From: Leptospiria bacterium | GTDB taxonomy: Bacteria > Spirochaetota > Leptospiria > Turneriellales > CBDBES01 | Direction: 5' to 3' | NCBI GenBank assembly: GCA_965261485.1 | Contig: CBDHCY010000005.1 | Coordinates: forward strand, 407,641-471,640 | DNA: 64,000 nt | Shown: positions 41,341 to 51,040 of the stretch, piece after piece | Layout of the letters: every line of letters starts with the position of its first letter | Numbering within the stretch: the first letter of the stretch is position 1 | Notes under the pieces: generated by a model | Told to the model about the DNA's origin: nothing | Database searches by the model: none | What the model saw: the letters and a program-made list of their open reading frames with translations, nothing else | Translations under genes and position numbers: made by a program

Positions 41341-42348
41341 ATGCATGGAAAAAAGAAACTTAAAATTGGTGTGATTGGTGTTGGTCATATGGGACAATAT
41401 CATGTTAATGTTCTGGTAAATATGCTCACACATAAATTTATTGGTATATATGATACTGATAAAAAACGAGTTCGCCAAATTGCTGAGAAATATGAGGTTA
41501 AATATTTCGATAGGGTAGAAGCCCTTCTTGATAAGCTGGATGCCGTTGTTATAGCGGCTCCAACAAAATATCATTATGCATATACTAAGTTGGCTCTTGA
41601 AAGTAATTGCCATGTATTAGTTGAAAAACCAATTACACAAACACTTCGTCAGGCGGAATTATTGATTGCCTTAGCTAAACAACATCAAAAATTATTACAA
41701 GTAGGACATATTGAGAGATTTAATGGAGCAGTGATTGAGCTCAATAAAATTGTGACGGATCCAATAATTATTGAGAGTAGAAGAGTTTCACCCTTTGTTT
41801 CGAGAATTAAAGATGTTGGTGTAGTTCTCGATATGCTGATTCATGATTTGGATATTGTGCTTAATCTTGTCAAATCTTCCGTTGTTTCTTTTCAAAGTTT
41901 GGGGAGAATTATTGAATCTGAACATGAAGATATTTGTACTATGAATATAAATTTTAAAAATGGTTGTTTGGCTACTTTAATGGCTTCGCGAGTTAGTCAA
42001 AAAAAAGAAAGGACACTTACAGTCACCCAAAGTCAAAATTTAATATTTTTAAATTATACTAACCAAGATATTGAAATTTATCGACGGGCAAGTGCTGCTT
42101 ACTTAATTACAAGAGAAGAATTAAAATATTCTCAAGAATCTTTTGTCGAAAAACTTTATGTTCATAAGGAGAATCCTTTAAAAAGTGGGCATCAGCATTT
42201 TTATGAATGTATTATTGAAGAAAAAACTCCTATAGTCTCTAACTCTCAAGACCTTGAAACTCTTTCTATTGCTTTAGATTCAATTCAGAAAATTAAAAGA
42301 AATAATGAAACTGATTTTGCTGCTCAGGTCAAAACAGATACTGTTTAA
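41341..42348 (+). CDS. Gfo/Idh/MocA family NAD(P)-dependent oxidoreductase
   Basis: N-terminal Rossmann motif KIGVIGVGHMG, plus the EKP motif (HVLVEKPIT) and the GHIERFN motif. Confidence 0.85.
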   Translation: MHGKKKLKIGVIGVGHMGQYHVNVLVNMLTHKFIGIYDTDKKRVRQIAEKYEVKYFDRVEALLDKLDAVVIAAPTKYHYAYTKLALESNCHVLVEKPITQTLRQAELLIALAKQHQKLLQVGHIERFNGAVIELNKIVTDPIIIESRRVSPFVSRIKDVGVVLDMLIHDLDIVLNLVKSSVVSFQSLGRIIESEHEDICTMNINFKNGCLATLMASRVSQKKERTLTVTQSQNLIFLNYTNQDIEIYRRASAAYLITREELKYSQESFVEKLYVHKENPLKSGHQHFYECIIEEKTPIVSNSQDLETLSIALDSIQKIKRNNETDFAAQVKTDTV

Positions 42349-42366
42349 ATCAGTATCTAAAAAATT

Positions 42367-42627
42367 ATGAAGTTAAAAAATAAAACTATTGAGCTGAATG
42401 TTCCTAATATTGGAGATGCAGATTCAATTGAATTGATGAGGTGGTGCAAAAATCAAGGAGATACTTTTAAAAAAGGAGATGAGATTTGTGAACTTATGAG
42501 TGATAAAGCGGCCTTTTCTCTTGAAGCCCCTCAAGATGGTAAGCTTGTAGAAATTATTGTTTCAGAAAAAAAAATAGTCAAAGTGGGGGAGCTTTTAGCA
42601 AAAGCAGAAGTTAGTACTATAAAATAA
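42367..42627 (+). CDS. Stand-alone lipoyl/biotinyl attachment domain protein
   Basis: 86 aa. The E2-type lipoyl domain pattern is present (GD.I.ELMSDKAAFSLEAPQDGKLVEIIV), with the candidate modified Lys in SDKA. Confidence 0.7.
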   Translation: MKLKNKTIELNVPNIGDADSIELMRWCKNQGDTFKKGDEICELMSDKAAFSLEAPQDGKLVEIIVSEKKIVKVGELLAKAEVSTIK

Positions 42628-42685
42628 ATTTAACTAATAAAGTAAAGAAATTCTAATTACTTAAATTCTTTGAAGTGATAAAATT

Positions 42686-43555
42686 TCAAACTTTTCTTCC
42701 ACATACAAATCTATTTTTTTTTGATAAATCTTTGTGAATTGAAATCTTTTGAAAGCCAATATTTTGCATTATCTGAGCAAGATGAGGTATTTGCTTAGGG
42801 TTATTTTCTAAATAAAGCCAGCCGCCTTTTGTTAATTTTTTAAATGACTTTTGTAATAATACTTCACAAAAATTTGGGTAAGGAACTTTAAGGGCAATAA
42901 TTGGTTCGTATTCACCGACTTCAGGTATAAGAGAGCTCATTTCTTCAGGTTCTACATAAGGAGGATTACTCACAATAAAGTCAAATTTTTGATTTTTAAA
43001 ATTAGAGGAATCAAAAAGGTTAGAACAAATAAATACCGATTGTATTGATGAGTTTACCAAGTGGTTCAATTCATTGAAGAGTAATTTAGCATTTTTTTGA
43101 GAAATGGAGAGTGCGTCAGAATTAATTTCACTAAAAAATATTTTTTTGATAGGTATTTCTAAAGCTAAAGTAATTCCAATGCAACCTGAGCCAGAACCTA
43201 AGTCAAGTAAGGTATTTATTAATTTATGGCGATTTAAAATAAGCTCAATAAGTTCTTCTGTTTCAGGTCTAGGGATGAGAGTGTTAAGATTTACAAAAAA
43301 ATTTCTACCAAAAAACTCCTTTGAGTTTGTTATGTAAGCCGTTGGCATTCCATTTTTTTTCAATTGTACCATCTTTTTTATTTGAGTATATTCTTTTTTT
43401 GAAATTTTATAATTTTCTCGTATATAAAGTTCATGTGTTTCTACTTTCAGCACATGACTAATAAAAATTAGTGATTCGAGTTTAGGTAAATTTACTTCTG
43501 ATTTACGCAAATCATTTTCAATCTGCTCTTGAACTTTTTTTATGGTTAAGGACAT
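42686..43555 (-). CDS. prmC: Peptide chain release factor N5-glutamine methyltransferase
   Basis: SAM motif LDLGSGSGCIG and catalytic motif NPPY (VSNPPYV). Typical HemK/PrmC length. Confidence 0.85.
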   Translation of the reverse strand: MSLTIKKVQEQIENDLRKSEVNLPKLESLIFISHVLKVETHELYIRENYKISKKEYTQIKKMVQLKKNGMPTAYITNSKEFFGRNFFVNLNTLIPRPETEELIELILNRHKLINTLLDLGSGSGCIGITLALEIPIKKIFFSEINSDALSISQKNAKLLFNELNHLVNSSIQSVFICSNLFDSSNFKNQKFDFIVSNPPYVEPEEMSSLIPEVGEYEPIIALKVPYPNFCEVLLQKSFKKLTKGGWLYLENNPKQIPHLAQIMQNIGFQKISIHKDLSKKNRFVCGRKV

Positions 43556-43578
43556 TTTGTGTCATTTGAAGTAAGTCG

Positions 43579-44421
43579 TTATTGTCGAAGAGATTTAGAA
43601 CGAAATTTAGGAATAAAAATTGATAAAATATATACCCGCAGTAAATACCAAATAATACTTCTTTCGAGCAATGATTTATCAATTTTAGTTTCTAAATTTT
43701 TATGAATTTTTGGAAGTTCACTCCAGTGAGAAGACATTTTTTTGTGATGAGCAGTGTGTAGTCCGTTATTGAGCATAAATTTATTTCCGAGACCACCAAA
43801 ATTTCGAGAATTATTATATTTAGAGTTTTCATCGGTATGAACGTGTTGAATATAATTGATAACTAAGACAGAAAAAAGACAAGAGACTTGAGGTATCAAG
43901 ATGTATAGTAGAGCTTTTTGGGCATCAAGAAAAAAAAATGAAATTAAATAAAATATCAGAAATACATATTGAGCGATACAGTAATAAAATCTTTTGGAAT
44001 TAACCTTCCATTGTTTCCGTAAATAATTTTTAATTGCTTCTGACTGATAAAAACTACTAATAAAAGGATAAGCCAATAAAGTGAGTAAATTATTATTATT
44101 TTTAAAGCGATAAGTAATTGTATAATCACCTTTTTTATTGATATATTTATGGTGATTTAAATTATGAGTGGGTATCCAAACAAAGACAGGATAACCATAA
44201 AAGGCAACTTGCCAAAAATCGGTCAAACTATTTAAAATACGTGACCTCCACATGGAAAGATGATTATGATTGTGAGCCATGACAAATGTTGTTGGCATCA
44301 TTAAAATGGTGCAACTGTAGAGAAGCCAATTGAAGCTAGATAAATACCATTGAACTATAAGAAGGGAGGTAATTATAAACATATATCCTAAACTAATTAA
44401 ATCAGCTTTATTTCTTAGCAT
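43579..44421 (-). CDS. Membrane fatty acid desaturase family protein
   Basis: 280 aa and polytopic. Three His boxes are present: HNHNH, HNLNHH and HTAHH. Confidence 0.75.
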   Translation of the reverse strand: MLRNKADLISLGYMFIITSLLIVQWYLSSFNWLLYSCTILMMPTTFVMAHNHNHLSMWRSRILNSLTDFWQVAFYGYPVFVWIPTHNLNHHKYINKKGDYTITYRFKNNNNLLTLLAYPFISSFYQSEAIKNYLRKQWKVNSKRFYYCIAQYVFLIFYLISFFFLDAQKALLYILIPQVSCLFSVLVINYIQHVHTDENSKYNNSRNFGGLGNKFMLNNGLHTAHHKKMSSHWSELPKIHKNLETKIDKSLLERSIIWYLLRVYILSIFIPKFRSKSLRQ

Positions 44422-44866
44422 ACATTATCCATCTGAATTCTCTTGCAGAGGTAATAAAGCTTGATATTTGATCAAGTTAATTTTATTATTGTAACTATCT
44501 TTTATTTTAAAATTTAGATTTTGATTTAACCTCAAGAAACTGGATATTTTATTATATTAAATTTAGAAGGAAAAGTGAGTAAAATAAATTTGTTAGGCAA
44601 AAAAATGAGAAATAAGCATAGACAGGCGGTCGATTTAAAGATATCTAGGGATATCTATTTGATAAATTTATTATTAAATCAATGGAACATTTTTCTAGAT
44701 ATTGTTTTAATATCGAGAGGTCTTTTGTAATATTTCAGATATTACGTTTGTAATTTTAAATTTGAGTGTCAGATCAATAAATGATTATTCAATAATTGAT
44801 GCTTTCTTTTAAATAAGAAGGGTGAGTGGGTCTTCCTTTAGAGTCAAGTAATTTGTAAGAAGAGAT

Positions 44867-45688
44867 ATGGGAGTTGTCATAGACAATTTATTTGAATACA
44901 CTGGTGATATTTTTTGTAAAATACCTCTATCAGGGGGAGATATCAATGACGTTTATAAAATCGAAACAAGTCGTGGAGTTTTTGTGATTAAAGAAAATAA
45001 TAATTCACCATCACAAATGTTTGAAAAAGAAGCGAAAGGTCTTGAAGAGCTTTCTGCATTAGAATTACCTGTTCCAAAAGTATATTGTTATTCAAAAAAA
45101 TATTTACTTATGGAGTATCTTTCTCCTGGATGCCCCCGTCCCTCTGAAGCGGGTGAGCTATTGGGTAGATTACACGTCCAAAAAAAGAGTTACTTTGGTC
45201 TTAACTATGATAACTATATAGGTAAACTTTATCAAAAAAATTCACCCCATCAAAATTGGGTGAATTTTTTTTCTACAAATAGGCTTGATTATCCATTAAA
45301 AGCTTTAAAAAGACAAACAGAACAATTAGAAAATCTTGATATTTGGGAAAAATTTAAAAAAAAACTTCCAGACTTAATTCCTCCATGTGAGCCTGCTCTT
45401 ATACATGGTGATCTTTGGAGTGGCAATCTTTATTGGGGAGAAAAAAAACCATATTTTATTGATCCTGCTATTTATTATGCTGATCCTATGATTGAATTAG
45501 CTTTTATTGAGTTTTTTGGAAATTTTGGAAAAAAATTTATTGATGCTTATTGTCAAGAAAATCCTATAAATAAAGAATATAAAAGTTTGAAATCTCTTTA
45601 TATTATTTATCCATTACTTGTTCATGCCAATCTTTTTGGTGGTGATTATTATGCCTCTGCCTTAAGAAATGCTAAATATTATATTTAA
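44867..45688 (+). CDS. Fructosamine/ketosamine kinase family protein
   Basis: 273 aa. N-terminal motif SGGDINDVYKI and catalytic loop ALIHGDLWSGN. Confidence 0.8.
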   Translation: MGVVIDNLFEYTGDIFCKIPLSGGDINDVYKIETSRGVFVIKENNNSPSQMFEKEAKGLEELSALELPVPKVYCYSKKYLLMEYLSPGCPRPSEAGELLGRLHVQKKSYFGLNYDNYIGKLYQKNSPHQNWVNFFSTNRLDYPLKALKRQTEQLENLDIWEKFKKKLPDLIPPCEPALIHGDLWSGNLYWGEKKPYFIDPAIYYADPMIELAFIEFFGNFGKKFIDAYCQENPINKEYKSLKSLYIIYPLLVHANLFGGDYYASALRNAKYYI

Positions 45689-45697
45689 AATATCTTT

Positions 45698-46723
45698 ATG
45701 AAAGTTATTTTTCTTGATCGTGATGGTACTTTAAATGATGACTCAGGATACTTAAGTGATCCTAATAAACTATTTTTAAAAAAAGGAGTCATTGAAGGTT
45801 TAAATTTACTTAAATTTGCCAATTTTCAATTTATTATTTTAACCAATCAATCGGGTATTTCAAGAGGTCTTATTTCAGAAGAAGAGCTAGAGAGGATACA
45901 TGCGAGATTAAGGAAAATATTAGCTAAAGATGCTCTTTTTATAAAAAAAATTTACTATTGCCCAGATAAAGATGACAAATCACTCTGTCGAAAACCAAAT
46001 TCACAGATGATTTATGAGGCTTTGAAAGATTTTTCTATTGATCTTGATAATTCTTATATTATTGGTGATCGATATCGAGATATTTTAACAGGAAGTAGCC
46101 TTAAAATTCCAGGAATTTTAATAAAAGGGAATACTATCAATAATGGAGGTCAACAACCTAAAAACTTAATTAAGGAGGCGGATAGTTTTTTAGAAGCTGC
46201 TCAATATGTTCTTCAATATGAATCTGAAAAAATCTGGAAATCTAAAATTTATTATAAAGCAGAAAAGACTTTTCTACAAAAAATTAATAAACTGAAACAA
46301 AGTAAATCAAGACTCGTATTTACAAATGGATGTTTTGATTTGTGGCATAGTGGTCATTTACAATATTTAGCACAAGCAGCTCAGCTTGGGAGTGATTTAA
46401 TTGTCGGACTTAATTCTGATGTTAGTGTTCAGAAAATTAAGGGCTCTCACCGGCCCATTTTATCAGAAAAAGAAAGAGCGATTAAGTTAGCACACCTAGC
46501 TTTTATTAGTATGGTTATTATTTTTAACGAAGATACGCCCATTGAGCTTATACAACAGGTTAGGCCAGATATTCATGTGAAAGGAGGTGACTACAAGGCA
46601 GAGAGCCTCCCTGAATATACGGTCTTAAATCAAATAAAAGCTCAGATTATCATTCTTCCTTTCAAAGAAGGACATTCTACAAGTTCTATTATTAATCGTA
46701 TTTATGAAGAAAAATCGACTTAA
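45698..46723 (+). CDS. Fusion protein: D,D-heptose 1,7-bisphosphate phosphatase (GmhB) + heptose 1-phosphate adenylyltransferase (RfaE domain II/HldC)
   Basis: The N-terminal half has HAD motifs (FLDRDGTLN, LTNQSGISRG, CPDK...LCRKPN, IGDRYRD). The C-terminal half has cytidylyltransferase motifs (VFTNGCFDLWHSGH, GLNSD.SV...KG..RP, HVKGGDY). Confidence 0.8.
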   Translation: MKVIFLDRDGTLNDDSGYLSDPNKLFLKKGVIEGLNLLKFANFQFIILTNQSGISRGLISEEELERIHARLRKILAKDALFIKKIYYCPDKDDKSLCRKPNSQMIYEALKDFSIDLDNSYIIGDRYRDILTGSSLKIPGILIKGNTINNGGQQPKNLIKEADSFLEAAQYVLQYESEKIWKSKIYYKAEKTFLQKINKLKQSKSRLVFTNGCFDLWHSGHLQYLAQAAQLGSDLIVGLNSDVSVQKIKGSHRPILSEKERAIKLAHLAFISMVIIFNEDTPIELIQQVRPDIHVKGGDYKAESLPEYTVLNQIKAQIIILPFKEGHSTSSIINRIYEEKST

Positions 46724-47577
46724 TTATCTTGATTATCTTCGATCAATTTTTTATGATAATTACTTTGATTATTTTTGTATCCTGTCTCTTTTTGGTCAAA
46801 ACTCATATCAATTCCATCAAAATAGAAATCGCGAATGGTACTTAAAACTTTTAGACTGTCTAGAAATACCACTATAGATCCTTTCAAGGAGGCCGTGGGT
46901 TTTGATCTAATTACGAGCTTTTTTAAAACCATACTTTTTTCTTGAGGAAAAAACAATGTTTTTTGTAGAAAATATGAAGGTATCTTTACTATGAGAGGTC
47001 TCCAGCCAATATAGTTAAGTGAGCCAAAATGACCAATAAATGTTTCACCTCTCCAGTCTTCCAACCAAACCTCTAGTGAAACATCGTTGCCTCTACCTAA
47101 AGCCCATATACTTAGGGAGTCAATGCGTCCAGGCAACTCAATACCAGGCACAGTCATATATTTTGGCTGATTTTTTGAGTCAAGTTGCCCTGTAGGTCTT
47201 CTAATCTTTTTATCTTTTGGTGGAGTAAGTACCACTGAATTATGACCTTGGTAAACAAAATTAAAACGAATTCCCATTGACTTCTTATTTTTACTATTAT
47301 TGCCTAGGTTTATGGGGCGTCCATCAACAAGTTTTGATTCGGCAATGCCCGCAGGAGGACCAGGAATAGATTCAATATCCCAAGCTACTTTTTCCCAACC
47401 TTCAACTATGATGGAACGTAGTTGCTTCGCTCCTACATCTTCACTTTGAAAGGTATTGATTTGACTATCCAGAGATTTTAGTATAAAAAAAGCTCCTATC
47501 ACAAGAAAAAATAAATTCTTGAAGAGGGACAATTTTATTAGTTTATTGAAATGATTCATTATTTTAGTCTTTTTCAT
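46720..47577 (-). CDS. flaA: Flagellar filament outer layer (sheath) protein FlaA
   Basis: Matches the FlaA family pattern (SLSIWALGRGNDVSLEVWLEDWRGETFIGHFGSLNYIGWRPLIVKIP) and has a signal peptide. ATG 47577 is preceded by AGGAGA and is preferred over TTG 47598. Confidence 0.8.
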   Translation of the reverse strand: MKKTKIMNHFNKLIKLSLFKNLFFLVIGAFFILKSLDSQINTFQSEDVGAKQLRSIIVEGWEKVAWDIESIPGPPAGIAESKLVDGRPINLGNNSKNKKSMGIRFNFVYQGHNSVVLTPPKDKKIRRPTGQLDSKNQPKYMTVPGIELPGRIDSLSIWALGRGNDVSLEVWLEDWRGETFIGHFGSLNYIGWRPLIVKIPSYFLQKTLFFPQEKSMVLKKLVIRSKPTASLKGSIVVFLDSLKVLSTIRDFYFDGIDMSFDQKETGYKNNQSNYHKKLIEDNQDN

Positions 47578-47591
47578 CTTATTTTTCTCTC

Positions 47592-48338
47592 CTACCAAAT
47601 ATCCTTGATCTGACTACCTGGATAATCTAATCCAGCTCTATCTATCTTAATTGCGAGCTGATCAAGGTAAAAATAAAAATCTCCACCAACTTCAAGCTTG
47701 TCTGACGTTATATAGAGGGATACAAACTTTAAATTTCTATCAAAAATAGAAAAACGAGCACTTTGCCTAACCCAACCTGGGATTGCTACAGTGAGCTTCC
47801 TCCAACCAAAATAATCAAGTCTACCAACTTTAATTTTATAAATTTTACCTCGATAGTCTTTTAATTTGATACTGAGAGTGTGTCTAAAATTTCTACCTAA
47901 CACCCAAACAGATATTTGTCTTCCTATTCCTTTGATAACATATTGGTGAGGTGGTCTAACTTCAATTCGATCAAAGCCCCTGTCCTTAATAAAACCTCTT
48001 ACACCCAACACATGATTCTCTCCAGGTATGAAAAGATTTTTTTCTTCATCAGTTAGGTTTTGAGGGTCATAAACATCTTCAATTTGACCTCGTTGAACTC
48101 TTTTTTGTGCTTTTGTAACACCCAATGGAGATGTCGCAAAAGCTCTCCAGTCTTCAGCGTTCTCGAAATTATTTAAAGTCTTATCAATCAGATCTCCACT
48201 TCTCTTTGTTTTTGGTTGTTGACTCGAATTTACAACAGGTTGATCTTTTTGTTGAGAGATCACCTGACCAGAAGCCAAAATAATCAAAAAGAGTACCGTA
48301 ACCTTACTTAAGAAAAAATAATTTTTATCAAAACACAT
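47592..48338 (-). CDS. flaA: Flagellar filament outer layer (sheath) protein FlaA, second paralogue
   Basis: Matches the FlaA pattern (VLGVRGFIKDRGFDRIEVRPP...QISVWVLGRNFRHTLSIKLKDYRGKIYKIKVGRLDYFGWRKLTVAIP) and has a signal peptide. The two flaA genes are tandem, as in Leptospira. Confidence 0.8.
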   Translation of the reverse strand: MCFDKNYFFLSKVTVLFLIILASGQVISQQKDQPVVNSSQQPKTKRSGDLIDKTLNNFENAEDWRAFATSPLGVTKAQKRVQRGQIEDVYDPQNLTDEEKNLFIPGENHVLGVRGFIKDRGFDRIEVRPPHQYVIKGIGRQISVWVLGRNFRHTLSIKLKDYRGKIYKIKVGRLDYFGWRKLTVAIPGWVRQSARFSIFDRNLKFVSLYITSDKLEVGGDFYFYLDQLAIKIDRAGLDYPGSQIKDIW

Positions 48339-48526
48339 AAATTAACTCCTATCAATAAACATAATACGGTAGGTATCGGAACTATTCTCTGTTTTCTTGA
48401 AGTATCGCTTCATTAATTTTTTATATCTACCTACCAAACAGAGTAGCACTTCTTCACTATACTCAAGTGATAAAGTATGGTCAAACTTGTAGTCAAGCTA
48501 TTAAATTGCAAGTTAAATATTATAAA

Positions 48527-49414
48527 TTAATTTATATTAATAAAATTTTTATATGTATTGTACATAAGCATTGCAATCGTCATAGGTCCTACTCCACCGG
48601 GAACTGGTGTTGCAAAATTTTTATTTTTTATAAAGTGTTTATGATCTAAATCTCCAGTGATTCCTTGTTTGGTTCGATGAATTCCTACATCAATAATAAT
48701 GGCTCCTTTCTTTATATCTTGCATTTGAACGATATCACGCTTTCCTATCGCAGAAACTAAAATGTCGGCATCTCTCACATAGTTAGAAATATTTTTTGTT
48801 TTTGAATGGCATATCGTAATTGTGCAATGTGAGTAATCAAGTAAAAGTTGAGCCATTGGTTTTCCTACAATATTTGATCGTCCCAGTATTACGGCGTGTT
48901 TACCTTCTAAAGGCTCGTTTAACTCATTTAAAATAATGATAATTCCAAGAGGTGTACAAGGTATATTTCCATTATGATTAGATAATAACCTTCCCATATT
49001 TTCAAAGTGAAAGCCGTCAGCATCCTTATGTATAGAAATCGCTGATAAAACTTCTTGAGCATCTATTGATTTTGGTAAAGGAAGTTGTACTAAAATACCG
49101 TGAATTAGGTCGTTTTGATTCCAGTCTTTAATAATTTGAATTATTTCTTCTTTTGATGTCTCTTGTTGTAATCTTTTTATTTCTGAATAAAAACCTAAAG
49201 ATTTAGCTTTTTTCCTTTTACTCTCTATGTAGATGGTGCTCGCAGGGTCATCACCTACAATAAGTACCGCAAGACCGGGTTTCTTATTAAATTTAACTAG
49301 TTTGGCTGTAATTTGATCACAAATAAGCTGAGAAAGTTTGCGTCCATTTAGAGAATAGTTTTCTACCCACTGAGAACGATCAAAATTAAACTTTGGTATT
49401 TCAATCAAAATCAA
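48527..49414 (-). CDS. folD: Bifunctional methylenetetrahydrofolate dehydrogenase/cyclohydrolase
   Basis: Motifs PGLAVLIVGDDPAS.IY, VQLPLP, KDADGFH, GRSNIVGKP and TPVPGGVGPMT. The start codon is uncertain (TTG 49414 or 49408). Confidence 0.9.
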   Translation of the reverse strand: MILIEIPKFNFDRSQWVENYSLNGRKLSQLICDQITAKLVKFNKKPGLAVLIVGDDPASTIYIESKRKKAKSLGFYSEIKRLQQETSKEEIIQIIKDWNQNDLIHGILVQLPLPKSIDAQEVLSAISIHKDADGFHFENMGRLLSNHNGNIPCTPLGIIIILNELNEPLEGKHAVILGRSNIVGKPMAQLLLDYSHCTITICHSKTKNISNYVRDADILVSAIGKRDIVQMQDIKKGAIIIDVGIHRTKQGITGDLDHKHFIKNKNFATPVPGGVGPMTIAMLMYNTYKNFININ

Positions 49415-49897
49415 ACCTTGTTGTAGTGAGTTCTATTAAAATATTTATGATTATTCTTGAAAAATAGGTTATTGATAAAAGCATAACGACACGCTATATT
49501 ACTATTGAGTTATTGAGGTCTCTGGCAAAGTATTTTTTTATTTATTTGTTTCCTTGTCTTGTAAAAAACAAGATATCTTTTTGTGAGCATCTAGTTTAGT
49601 TTCCACTTGTGTAGAAAACGTGAAAACTGAACACTTTACTGTGTTTAATTTAGAAGGTAAAACTATGACCGAAAGGAATAAATATAATAAATAATAGAAA
49701 GAGAAGTTGATTTTGGATGTAATTTTAGGTTAAAATAGTACGGGAGAAATATCTATTTTTGGAGTTAAACTAATATTTACTAAATTGAGTTATTGATAGT
49801 CAGGGGATTAAATTAATCTGTCATCTTAGATTTTTAAAAATATTAGAAATTTTAAAAAATAAGATGACCTGTTGTGGGGTGTATTTATTCAGTATCA

Positions 49898-51040
49898 ATG
49901 TCTGAATCTAAATTAAAGCCTGGTTTAGCAGGAGTCCCTGTTGCCATTTCTAAGATTAGTGATATTAATAGTCAAGATGGAATTTTGACATACCGCGGAT
50001 ATTCTATAGAGACTTTATGTGCAAAAAGTAATTTTGCTGAATCTGCTTATCTTCTTGTTTATGGTAATCTACCAACTCAAAAAGAATATGAAACCTTTGT
50101 ATATGAGCTGAGGAGTCATCGACGTCTTAAATATAAAATTATTGATCTAATTAAACATTTGCCTGAAAATGGGCATCCAATGGATGCCACACAGGCCATT
50201 GTGGCTGTCCTTGGTATGTTTTATCCTTTTGACAATAGAGATTTTACTGATCCTGTCATCCAGCGGATTGCAATTACTCGTCTTATTGCTAAGATGCCTA
50301 CTTTGGTTGCCGCTTATCACCGTATGCGTTATGGTGATTTAGCAATTTCTCCTAGAGATGATTTAGGTCAGTCAGCTAACTTTCTTTATATGTTAAATGA
50401 ATCAGTGGCTCCTGAAGATAAGGTACGTATTTTAGACCAGACCTTGATACTTCATATGGAGCATACTATGAATGCTTCAACTTTTAGTGCACGAGTGACT
50501 GGCTCTACCCTTTGTGATCCTTTTACTGTTATTTCTTCTGCTGTTGGAACTTTAACAGGGCCTTTACATGGTGGAGCTAATGAAAGAGTCTTAACTATGT
50601 TAGAGGAAATTGGTGATAAAAAGAATGTAGAGAAATACTTAATTGCAAAATTAGCCCGAAAAGAAAAAATAATGGGGTTTGGTCATCGTGAATATAAAGT
50701 GAAAGATCCGCGAGCTACAATACTTCAAAAATTGGGCGAAAAACTTTTTAGTAAATATGGTGTTAATCCTCTCTATGAGGTTGCCCTTGAGGTCGAAAAA
50801 GTTATGAAAAAATTAGGAGAAGAAAAGGGAATTTATCCGAATGTTGATTTTTATTCAGGTTTAGTATATGATAAACTTGATATCAAAGTCGATATTTTTA
50901 CTCCTCTTTTTGCTATAGCTAGAGTAGTTGGTTGGCTAGCCCACTGGGTAGAACAAATTTCTGACAATAAAATTTATCGTCCTACAGCTTTTTATGAAGG
51001 CAATGTATCTCAAAAATATATTCCAATGAACCAGAGATAG
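49898..51040 (+). CDS. gltA: Citrate synthase
   Basis: Motifs GLAGVPVA.S.IS.I....G.L.YRGY, GPLHGGANE, GFGHREYK and NVDFYS. ATG 49898 (MSESKLKPGL) is preferred over GTG 49874. Confidence 0.9.
   Translation: MSESKLKPGLAGVPVAISKISDINSQDGILTYRGYSIETLCAKSNFAESAYLLVYGNLPTQKEYETFVYELRSHRRLKYKIIDLIKHLPENGHPMDATQAIVAVLGMFYPFDNRDFTDPVIQRIAITRLIAKMPTLVAAYHRMRYGDLAISPRDDLGQSANFLYMLNESVAPEDKVRILDQTLILHMEHTMNASTFSARVTGSTLCDPFTVISSAVGTLTGPLHGGANERVLTMLEEIGDKKNVEKYLIAKLARKEKIMGFGHREYKVKDPRATILQKLGEKLFSKYGVNPLYEVALEVEKVMKKLGEEKGIYPNVDFYSGLVYDKLDIKVDIFTPLFAIARVVGWLAHWVEQISDNKIYRPTAFYEGNVSQKYIPMNQR

Noticed and set aside
44422-44866. A 445-bp spacer containing a 41-codon ORF (ATG about 44606, MRNKHRQAVDLKISRD...) and a DnaA-box-like TTATCCATC at its left edge.
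   Set aside because: There is a single imperfect DnaA box and no dnaA/dnaN context. The small ORF lacks a Shine-Dalgarno sequence and any recognisable motif.
48360-48400. tCCGATAc on the minus strand upstream of the flaA genes, as a possible sigma-28 -10 element.
   Set aside because: The corresponding -35 region (tcaagaaa) is a poor match to TAAAGTTT. The evidence is insufficient to call a promoter.
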